NCBI GenBank assembly: GCA_964016885.1
Contig: OZ024751.1
Coordinates: 17,732,001-17,796,000, forward strand
DNA: 64,000 bases
Direction of reading: 5' to 3'
Source: Eledone cirrhosa
Taxonomy: Eukaryota
A model generated the notes under the pieces. That model ran no database searches and was not told where the DNA came from. It saw nothing but the letters and a program-made list of their open reading frames with translations. Of the stretch, positions 13,751 to 25,562 are shown piece after piece. The position numbers and the translations under genes are program-made. Each line of letters opens with the position of its first letter. Positions within the stretch are counted from its first letter, which is position 1.

Positions 13751-13891
13751 AGAAATATCTGTGGAGGAATATAATCCGACATTGTAAGCACTATATTTAG
13801 ATTTCCCATCGAGGCAAACAATTTTACATTTACAAGAAACGTTATTCCTTAAATTTCTCTCTCTATGTATATTGCATACATTATTTAATAC

Positions 13892-14245
13892 ATCCCGCCG
13901 AGGTTGACTTTGCCTTTCATCCGTACGGGTTCGATAAAATAAAGTACCAGTAATGTACTGGGTACTTGCTGGCCTTGTGCCTAAAGTAGAAACTATTATT
14001 TAATACACACACATCTACAAATAGGCGGTGGATTAGCAGTATTGGTAGAGTGTCGGATGCCATGCTTTGGCGCATAGAGTTACAGCCCTTGCCATTCTGA
14101 GTTCAAATCCCGCCGAGGTTAACTTTGCCTTTCATCCTTTCGGGGTCGATAAAATAAAGTACCAGTAATACATGGCTAATTGCTGGCCTTGTGCCTAACG
14201 TAGAAACAATTATTTAATACACACACGCACACACACAATACACAC

Positions 14246-14281
<36 letters not shown>

Positions 14282-14308
14282 TACATGCAGTATATTGTTT
14301 ACACACAC

Positions 14309-14345
<37 letters not shown>

Positions 14346-14570
14346 GTTTATGTAAGTGCATATGTACATAAGTGTATAATGTAGTGGGTTGGCAGTATCC
14401 GTAGAGGGTCGGACGCCATGCTTTGCAACAAAGAGTTACGGCCCTTTATGGTCTGAGTTCCAATCCCGCCGAGGTTAACTTTGCCTTTCATCCTTACAGG
14501 GTCGATAAAATAAAGTACCAGTAATACACTGGCTAATTTCTGGCCTTGTGCCAAAAGTAGAAACAATTAT
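13892..14570 (+). mobile_element. Cluster of three major-family SINE copies
   Basis: Truncated copy 13892-14000; fuller copies 14024-14213 and ~14383-14570. Confidence 0.85.
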
Positions 14571-14576
14571 ATTATA

Positions 14577-14655
14577 TTGGGTCGTCAAGTATGAAATTTG
14601 TAGACATTTGTTTCTTTTCTACAAATTTCTACAAGTTTCATACTTGACGCTCCAA
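14577..14655. mobile_element. Tiny Tc1/mariner-type MITE
   Basis: TIRs TTGGGTCGTCAAGTATGAAATTTGTAGA / TCTACAAGTTTCATACTTGACGCTCCAA, TA on the left; same TIR at 20-50 and 57025-57055. Confidence 0.7.
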
Positions 14656-14679
14656 CATATATATATATATATATATAAC

Positions 14680-14745
<66 letters not shown>

Positions 14746-15047
14746 TGTGCGGCGTTAATATATATGAAGAAGTTATCCCACGTCAGTATATTTATAGGTT
14801 ATCGATCTAGTGTAAATAACAACAAAAACAGTCATGAGCTCCAGTTTGCAGAAAACAACAACACAACAAGAAAAATATTATTTTATAGGAATTCATTTAC
14901 TTACACACACGCACACACACACACACATACACACACACACAGACTGTCCCAATCACAGACACACACAGATATATACATATTGTACATGTGTGTGTGTATT
15001 TATAGATATAAATATATATTTATACATACATATAAACATACATACGC

Positions 15048-15118
<71 letters not shown>

Positions 15119-15166
15119 CCAATAAATATATATATATATATTTGTATATATAACAATATATACATA

Positions 15167-15228
<62 letters not shown>

Positions 15229-15287
15229 TATATACAAATATATATATATACATATATATGTACATCAATAAATAAATATATACATAC

Positions 15288-15349
<62 letters not shown>

Positions 15350-15428
15350 ATATATACATATGTATGTTATATATAGATGTTCGCCTCTATAGCAGACCCC
15401 ATAGAAAGAAACACAAACACAGACATAT

Positions 15429-15482
<54 letters not shown>

Positions 15483-15804
15483 AAGAGAGAGAGAGAAAGA
15501 GAGAGAGTGAGAGAGCCAGAGAGAGAGAGAGAGAGGGACTATCATATATTCTACTATATTCTACTACATAAGATAACATAAACCAGAGAAGCACAGAACG
15601 TTTGTAACTTTTCAAATGTATCTTAGACGTTAACTAACTAGCATTAAAGCTATCTTTCCTATTTGCTTGGTTTACTGCTTGGTTTTTATGGTTCAACTTT
15701 AACCAGAGGCATAAATATTCAAATACATTTCTGCTATCATTTAATGGTTTGTTATAGCGCAAGGCGAAATTTCTATTGCTGGTTTAACTGCCATTCACAT
15801 AACT

Positions 15805-15840
<36 letters not shown>

Positions 15841-16209
15841 CATACATACATATATAAGTATATATACACACATATTTATATAGACATACATATATATGTA
15901 TATATAAATATATATATATTTATATATAGATAGATATATATATAGACATACATACATTTATATGTATATATAAATATATATATATTCATATATACATATA
16001 TATATATAGACAAACATACATTTATATGTATATATAAATATATATATATATTCATATATACATATATATATAGACATACATACATTTATATGTATATATA
16101 AATATATATAGACATACATACATATATATGTATATATACATATATATATAAATATGTATCGGTGGATGTAAGTACGTAGCTATGTTTGTACATATTAAGG
16201 TTTCTATGA

Positions 16210-16308
<99 letters not shown>

Positions 16309-16356
16309 ACTATGTTTGTGTGAACATATGTATGCATAAATACACACACACATACT

Positions 16357-16442
<86 letters not shown>

Positions 16443-16463
16443 AATACGTACGCACACACATAT

Positions 16464-16506
<43 letters not shown>

Positions 16507-16957
16507 AATGCATATACATACATACATACATTATAAACGACTTCGAAAACTTTTGCCTTTGTTAAGAGAAATAGGATTCGAATAGGCAGCGTCTCAGCAA
16601 TATCTCTATCTTGTTCTTATTGTTATTATTGTTATTACTATTATTATAGTCCGTTGTTTACTCTCCGGCTGTATATTGTATGTAGTAATGTATTTGTGTC
16701 TGTATGTTTGTCTGTATGTTTGTCATATATAGTGTAAGTGTGATGGTGTCTGTGTGTGTGTCTCTCTCTCTCTCTCTGTATATGTTTGTGTGTGTATACC
16801 TGTCCAGTTGCTAGTGTGTGGAAGTGTGTATTTCGTGTCCCTCTCTGTTCTATTGGTATGTATATTGAATGTCTGGTGTCAGGTATACGTCTGTGTATAT
16901 AAGAAGGTCTGGATGAAGATGGTGTCACTCTTCGTATTACCAGGGTGGCATCATTAT

Positions 16958-17329
16958 GGTGAATTGGCAGTATCGGTAGAGTGTCGGACGCCATGCTTTC
17001 TAGCATAGTTACGTCCCTTTACGGTTTGAGTTCAAATCCCGCCGAGGTTAACTTTTCCTTTCATCCTTACGGGGTCGATAAAATAAAGTACCAGTAATGT
17101 ACTGGGTAATTGCTGGCCGTGTACCTAAAGTAGAAACAATTATTACTACCACCACTACCACTACTACCACCAACACCACTACCATTACCATCATTATTAG
17201 TGGATTGGCAGTATCGGTAGAGCGTCGGACGCCATGCTTTGCCTTTCATCCTTACGGGGTCGATAAAATAAAGTACCAGTAATGTACTGTGTAATTGCTG
17301 GCCTTGTGCCTAAAGTAGAAACAATTATT
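16958..17329 (+). mobile_element. Dimeric SINE (full monomer, (ACC/ACT)n linker, internally deleted monomer)
   Basis: Same architecture and same deletion junction CCATGCTTT|GCCTTTCAT as at 24495-24862. Confidence 0.8.
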
Positions 17330-17463
17330 TAGCCCCCAAATAATACAACAATAACATTGAAATATTCCATACACAGTTCTAAATTTAAAGTTAGTTATAG
17401 TTATGGCTTCAATTGTGTCTTTTTCTCTTTATGTATGTGTTTTATATATATATATATATCTAT

Positions 17464-17789
17464 CTAAGGCGGGTAAAATTCCCGAGATCCATGGACTAGT
17501 TCTCTCCAGCGGTCTCTGTCCCTCATTATCGCTGCCATGTCCTGCGTCTCCAACAGACCAGTGTCTGACCTTAGGGCATCAACATACGTTAACCTTGGTC
17601 TTCCTCTTCTAGGATGAAAAACTCAGAGCTGTATGGGAGCATCCCAAAAGTCAGCTCAAAAGTGACACAGTGGAGACTGAGGTTAGCTGGACATGCTCAC
17701 CGACATCCAGAGTTGACATTGCACTCAGTGCTCCTGTGGGAGCCCCTACATGGACACACTAGAAGAGGAAGACCAAGGTTAACGTATGT

Positions 17790-17793
<4 letters not shown>
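17464..17793. mobile_element. RTE-X/RTE LINE 3' fragment with 5' inversion
   Basis: 17611-17793 (+) encodes ..[41 protein letters not shown]; 17464-17612 is the downstream part of the same ORF on the minus strand; (TA)n on both sides. Confidence 0.85.
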
Positions 17794-17867
<74 letters not shown>

Positions 17868-17904
17868 GGGGTGTAACCTACATAGCATGTATTTCATTTT
17901 CTTA

Positions 17905-18050
17905 TAGCATTTTAAAAGGGTCCGTCGAGCTGCCGATTATTGAGTCGGGTAGGATCGATACAGATCGAACCTTGAGCTGATCAGTGGCGAAACGCGCGTC
18001 ACCTATCAATAAATGCAATGAAGGAGTAATCAATCGTCCTTGTTATCCTT
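17905..18050 (+). mobile_element. Penelope-like pLTR remnant with HHR 3' half
   Basis: GGC-GAAA-C-GCGC-G-TC (17986-18000), the palindromic-loop minimal stem III of PLE hammerheads, followed by AATAAA; CUGANGA box eroded; tail shared with 58401-58430. Confidence 0.6.
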
Positions 18051-18556
18051 TATATATATATATATATATACATAAAAGAAAATTTTCGGTCTACATGGCT
18101 GAATACAATAAATGTAATCTGAGTTTTTCGAATATTGATAATAACATTCGATTCGTTTGCAATTAAGCGAACAATATGCCAACACAAGAGCAAGAATGAA
18201 GGATTCATTCTAGTGACATGGCTATAAAAATGAGGGTTGTTCGCATTATTGTATGTGTGTATGTGTGTGTCTCAGTGTAAAATTGTGAATTGTCTAATAC
18301 TCATAACAATGAAAATAGCATTCCGTATTCAGGATGTTGTGTTGATGATGCAGCAATAAAGGTCGGACGCCATGCTTTCCAGTGTAGAGTTACGACCCTT
18401 TATGTTCTGAGTTCAGATCCTGCCGAGGTTAACTTTACGTTCATACTTACGAGGTCGATAAAATAAAGTACCAGTAATATACTGCGGTAATTGCTGGCTT
18501 TGTGCCAAAAGTAGAAACAACTATTATATATATTACCAGGGGCTCAGACTTGGTTT

Positions 18557-18982
18557 ATCTCCTTATAATATATAACCAGCAATTTCTCTGTCTGTCTGTC
18601 CGACAGTGGAAACCCGTGCGCGCGTGCGAATGTTTTTTGCGCACACGTAGAGAGAGAGTGAGAGTGAAAGAAAGAGAGAGACTACAAGAGGGGGATAGCG
18701 GGAGGGAGAGAGGGGGGAATTGAGGAGTGCTACAGAAACATATATACATTTCTGTGTGTGTGTAATATATATATATATACACACACAGAAATATATATAT
18801 ATTCACACAGAAATATATATACATTTCTGTGTGTGTAATATATATATACACACAGAAATATATATACATTTCTGTGTGTGTAATATATATATATATACAC
18901 ACACAGAAATATATATACATTTCTGTGTGTGTAATATATATATATACGAGCAGAAAACCGCCCACGGGTGGTTTTCTGCTAG
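18557..18982 (+). mobile_element. Non-autonomous Helitron with internal hairpin minisatellite
   Basis: 3' hairpin AGCAGAAAACCGCCC-AC-GGGTGGTTTTCTGCT ending CTAG|T; (TGTC)n near the 5' end; 5' boundary approximate. Confidence 0.6.
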
Positions 18983-19835
18983 TCTATATATCTAAAACAG
19001 AGAATGTCTGTCTGTCTGTCTCCCTGAAACTCGAGAACGACCCAACCGATTTTTTTTCAAACTTTACGCATGTAATACTTATGGTCTTGTGAGTGTTTTG
19101 AGCAAAAAAAAATTCAAATTTTCAATACCAAGGGGCCGCATTAGGCGAAAGACCGCATATTTTAGGCTTTAAATGCTTTTTTGAGGTATAACGGAACAAT
19201 AATCCAGGCGATCTCTTCAAAATGTGCATTACTTATGTCGTTTAAAGTGTCTTGAATAAAAAAGATTTCTTAATTTTTTGCCCCAGGGACCCCATTAGAC
19301 GAAAAACCGACTTTTAAAAGCATTTTGGTTGCGTTAGGGTCTGTAACTCGAGAAGTACCCAACCGATTTTTTTTTAACTTTGCATATGCATTACTTATGT
19401 TTCACAAATGTTCTTGACTGAAAAAGACTTCAAATTTTTGCCCGGGGACCGCATTGCTTTGCTTTTTGGTTGCGTTAGGGCCTGTAATCTTAAAAGTATC
19501 CAACTAAATTCCTTCATGCTCTCCACCACTGCAGTCCCACATGTTTACTGCTCTGTAACTATTGCTTTCATTGTACCATAGCACAGAAAATACATTTTCG
19601 GTTTGTCGAATGCCTTTTTAGTTAACCCTATCGTCTTGGCTTTCGTGGGTTGAACATTTTACTCTGAGGCATCCAATTAAGTTAAACTACGACGAATTTT
19701 TTTTATAAGCACAAGATATATAGACACCATCCCCAGGCCGAGGTATTCCGTACTTCTCTGTACTGTTTCAGAAATGAGGGATAAACAAGCCAATCTATGT
19801 TTACAATCCCGAGCAACCCCGGGCCATTCTACAAG
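18983..19835 (+). mobile_element. Non-autonomous Helitron abutting the previous one
   Basis: TCTATATATCTAAAACAGAGAATGTCTGTCTGTC...AACTCGAGAAC..ACCGATTT 5' end; 3' hairpin CCCGAGCAACCCCGGG then CAAG|T; related 5' end on the minus strand at 62713. Confidence 0.7.
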
Positions 19836-20788
19836 TTAATACTAGAATAGAGTATGATGTAAATATGTATACACAGAGAACAGAAATATGCGTTAAGTGA
19901 TATAGTTTCTTGAGAAATTATATCACTTTACTTACATCTTTTGAGAAACTATATCTATATCTATTTTCTAACAAGAAAATATCGCCAGATATGAAGATAG
20001 GGTATATTTTTAGTAAGAGCTAGAGAATGATTTACTGAAAGTGCTCAACGAAGAATTAACCATTTTTGATACCTAACCGCCTGAAACTGCCTGTATCTCT
20101 GTTTGTTTTAAACAGTTTACCTTCCAACAAATCTGAACACCTTCCATCATAATTATATGTAAGAACCTTTGTTAATTTATCAACTCAATACCAACCTAAA
20201 CATGAGAAATTTAGCTATATTTCATTCATTTCTGATTGTTTGTTTACATTTTAATTTCTGAAAACTTTCCATCAAATTCTATGTAAGAGCCTTGGTTAAG
20301 CTATGTTCTAAACATCAGCTTAATCGGAAGAAATTTAGTTATATTACGTCCATTTTGGATTTTTTTGTGTGTCTGCTGTTTATATATGTTAGCTGTTTCT
20401 AGTGATTTCTTATCTTATGTAACCCAGATACGGGTAAATAAACATAACAGAATATTTATTGAAGAAGTGCATATGAGAAGTGCATAGTAATCTGAATTAG
20501 AATGATTCTTGCAATATTTGTGGAAAAATTGAAACTATGACAGGATTTACGTTCTGAGTTCAAATCCCGCGGAGGTTAGCTTTGCCTTTCAACCTTACGA
20601 GGTCGATAAAATAAAGTACCAGTAACACACTGGGATCGATTTAATCGACTTTCCTCTCCGCCTAATTTTTGGCCTTGTGCCTTAATCCGAAACCATTATT
20701 TTATAATTAGAATAAAATAAAGTACCAGTAATGTACTGGGTAATTTGCTGGTCTTGTGCCTAAAGTAGAAACAATTATTTTATAATTA

Positions 20789-20919
<131 letters not shown>

Positions 20920-21623
20920 AATGATAATAATCATCTCTATTTTATTGTATATATTTCAAAAATGCAAGGCTTATGTTTAACATAATCCAAAACACGTTCT
21001 CGTCAGACAAAATGCATAGGAGATGCAGGTTTCTTTTGATATACTGGCGGTCAAACGAGCTGGACAGATCGGTGACAACCAAGCATATGATTAGAAAAGA
21101 ACCCCCAACACAGGAGATGTTACGTGAGTGAGAGAGAGAGAGAGATGGATTGAGAAAGTGAAATGGGGATCACATCTAGGAATCGTCTAGTGGTATTTAT
21201 TTAGCGACCAGTGAAGAATGAAATGTAACGTTGACCTCATCTGGAATTGAACTCAGAATGAATAAATCCGAAACAAACGCTCCAAAATCTATAACAATTC
21301 GCCGCCTGATTAGCAATATAAGGTGGGTCTTATTGTTGTTGGTCTAGTGAATATATTGTTATAGTTTATCTTTGTTGTTAATGGATTAAGTAAGTTCGGG
21401 TGTGGTGACAGTTTAAGCGGGTGAGGGGCGCCTGAGTATAACAATACTAACAGAAACAGCAAACATTCGTCCTACTAAGCAAGCATATAGTGCAAAGTAC
21501 GGGGTAAAGAAGGGGTCATGAGAGTGAAGGAGAATGATTGATAAATGGAGAGACGGTGAGATATTTAAAGATTGAGAAACACAATAGAGTGGCGAAAGGG
21601 TCAGGTAGGTGAGGACGAGGGAG

Positions 21624-21669
<46 letters not shown>

Positions 21670-21818
21670 GAACATAAATATATGTTTATATACATACATA
21701 TATTTTAAAAAAAGCATATATACATTTACATCTATATATTTATATACGTACATTTATATGTATATCTATACATTTATATAAGTATATATATATATATATA
21801 TGTGTGTAGATATATATG

Positions 21819-21903
<85 letters not shown>

Positions 21904-22115
21904 GAATATAAATATATGTTTATATACATACATATATTTTAAAAAAAGCATATATACATTTACATCTATATATTTATATACGTACATTTATATGTATATC
22001 TATACATTTATATAAGTATATATATATATATATATATATGTGTAGATATATATGTGTATGTATATATATATAAATATGTGTGTGTATATTTATATATATA
22101 TATACGTACATATAC

Positions 22116-22146
<31 letters not shown>

Positions 22147-22155
22147 CGTACATAT

Positions 22156-22209
<54 letters not shown>

Positions 22210-22219
22210 GTACATATAC

Positions 22220-22303
<84 letters not shown>

Positions 22304-22713
22304 GTACATATACATATATATATATATATATATATTATGGGAGTGTCAATGATAACAAGAAAAGGGAGGATTTGCGATTAGTAGCTACAATGTACAACAC
22401 TAAATTATAATTGTTTCTACTTTTGGCACAAGGCCAGTAATTACCCAGTACATAGAGAAGCCCTCCACCACCACCACCACTACCACCACCGTCCTCCACC
22501 ACTACCACCACCACCGCCACCGCCACTATCACAAACATTACCTCCAATGAACTGTAAAGTCGTGTCTTTTGATCTTTTTTTGTCGTGAGTCAATGGCGAC
22601 GGAAAACAATATGCGGGGATGTCCAACATCGTAGATAATGTTAACGATGGTGAGAGAGAGAGATGATTATACTGACAATGGTGATGATAATGGTGATGAT
22701 GATGATGATGGTA

Positions 22714-22744
<31 letters not shown>

Positions 22745-22863
22745 GGGGGATGACTATGATGATGATGACCATGATGGTGATAATGTTGGTAATTATAATG
22801 ATAATAATAATCTTATAAATATATATATAATATGCATATATATATATACAAATACACACACAC

Positions 22864-22984
<121 letters not shown>

Positions 22985-23335
22985 ATAACAATAGCTGCGG
23001 TACCGGATGTGATAGTTTTTAAACTCACCAAACAAAACCTTTCGCACAGTATGTTTGCTAAGCTAGTCTTCGAACTAACCCTATAATTGGTTACAATTTA
23101 GTCATAAAGATCACAGCTGCTTATTTCTACCTCACTTAGTCGGTTTGTTTACCAACCTAAGCGACTTACTAACTGTGTATTTATTGGTAACAACTTAGGC
23201 ATACACATCACAACTTCCTGTTAGTTCAGATAGTGATTTGGTATGGATTGGTGATGCAATGTGTAAAATAGGACTATATACAACAATTGCGCTAAACAAA
23301 CATTCACACGCTTGTCTACACACACTACACACTTA

Positions 23336-23444
<109 letters not shown>

Positions 23445-23548
23445 TACATATATATATATATAGTTCAATATATATATATATATAGGGAGAGAGAGATACA
23501 TATATATAGTTCTATAAATATATATATATAAATATATATGTGTGAGTG

Positions 23549-23590
<42 letters not shown>

Positions 23591-23656
23591 TAGTTCAATA
23601 TATATATATATGTATGTGTGTCGGTGTATTTACGATTGTATGCATGTACGTATGTA

Positions 23657-23701
<45 letters not shown>

Positions 23702-23703
<2 letters not shown>

Positions 23704-23901
23704 GTTATTCCGGGTTGAATCGGAGGTAACCACAGTAAGTAAGGTACTCAATACATAGCAGAGTATAACAGTTTTAATATAGAAGAGATTCTACAGGACT
23801 AGAACTGTTTCATTCATTAGAAATCATCAGGAATCTGATTCCTGATGATTTCTAATGAATGAAACAGTTCTAGTCCTGTAGAATCTCTTCTATATTAAAA
23901 C

Positions 23902-23902
<1 letters not shown>
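23702..23902. mobile_element. Palindromic HHR-family D element (perfect 66-bp arms 23770-23902, centre 23836)
   Basis: Exact inverted repeat with 1-nt spacer; each arm has CTGATGA-TTTCTAATGAAT-GAAA-C..G-TC; minus-strand tail 23702-23770; (TA)n both sides. Confidence 0.8.
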
Positions 23903-23932
<30 letters not shown>

Positions 23933-24147
23933 CCAACGTAGCTTATCTTGAAAACGATGACTTCATCAGTACTGTAATCTGAATTAGTTATTTAGGTACA
24001 ACACTGTTTTTCTTGTATTGTATTCATACTGGGTATAAATAAACACCTAAAAAATATTTTGATTAAGCAGTTTGCTTCAGAACCGTGTGGTTTCGTGTTC
24101 GGTTTAACTGTGTGGAACATATATCTTGTTTGTATATATGTATATTA

Positions 24148-25340
24148 CGGTGGTTTGGCAATATCGGTAGAGCGTCCGACGCCATACTTTGCAGCAGAGA
24201 GTTACGGTCCTTTGTGTTCTGAGTTTAAATACAGCCGAGGTTAACTTTGCCTTTAATCCTTACGGGGTCGATAAAATAAAGTACCAGTGACGCACTGGAG
24301 GTCGATTTAATCGAATTTCCCCTCCCCCCAAAATTGCTGGCATTTTACCTATATACGAAACAATTATTACTACCACCACCACCACTACCATTACCATCAT
24401 TATTACTACCACCATCACCACTACTACCACCAACACCACTACTATTACAACCAACACAACTACTACCATTAGCATCATTATTACTACCACCAAGGGCGGT
24501 GGATTGGCAGTATCGGTAGAGGGTCGGGCGCTATGCTTTCCAGCATAGTTTCGTCCCTTTACGGTCTGAGTTCAAATCCCGCCGAGGTTTACTTTGCCTT
24601 TCATCCTTACGGGGTCGATAAAATAAAGTACCAGTAATACACTGAGTAATTGCTGGCCTTGTGCCAAAAGTAGAAACAATTATTACTACCACTACTACCA
24701 CCAACACCACAACCATTACCATCATTATTAGTGGATTGGCAGTATCGGTAGAGCGTCGGACGCCATGCTTTGCCTTTCATCCTTATGGGGTCGTTAAAAT
24801 AAAGTACCAGTAATACACTGAATATAATTGCTGGCCTTGTGCCAAAAGTAGAAATAATTATTACTACCACTACCACCATCACCACTACTACCACCATCAA
24901 TACTACCACCATCACCACTACTACCACCATCACCATCGCCATCGCCACTACTACCACCAACACCACCAACACCACTACCACCACTACCACTACCACCATT
25001 ATCACCACTACTACCACCATCACCACTACTACCACCATCACCACTACCACCATCACCACTACCACCATCACCATCACCACTACTACCACCATCATTCAGA
25101 CCATTATCATCAATATTTTCACGAGTTAACCCTAGTTACTATTATAATATAATAGATTGGCAGTATCGGTAGAGGGTCGGACGCCATGTTTTGACGCATA
25201 GAGTTACGGCCCTTGCCATTCTGATTTCAAATCCCGCCGAGGTTAACTTTGCCTTTCCTCCTTACGGAGTCGATAAAATAAAGTACCAGTAATGCACTGG
25301 TGTAATTACTGGCCTTGTGCCAAAAGTATAAAGAACTATT
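24148..25340 (+). mobile_element. Array of four major-family SINE copies separated by (ACC/ACT)n tracts
   Basis: Copies start near 24148, 24495, 24731 and 25153. Confidence 0.85.
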
Positions 25341-25510
25341 ATAATATAAACATTTTGTTTTGTCTGACGTCTTCTCCCTCTCTGTCACCCGCTTATTAGC
25401 CCTAACATACCCAAGCCCAGAAATATACACACAAACATGTATGTAACATATTCATATATGTGTGTACGAACGTGTGTGCGTGTGTGCATGTGTGTATATG
25501 TATATATACG

Positions 25511-25562
<52 letters not shown>

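Noticed and set aside
22638-22810. Poly-Asp ORF
   Set aside because: (GAT)n microsatellite running into (TA)n/(CA)n
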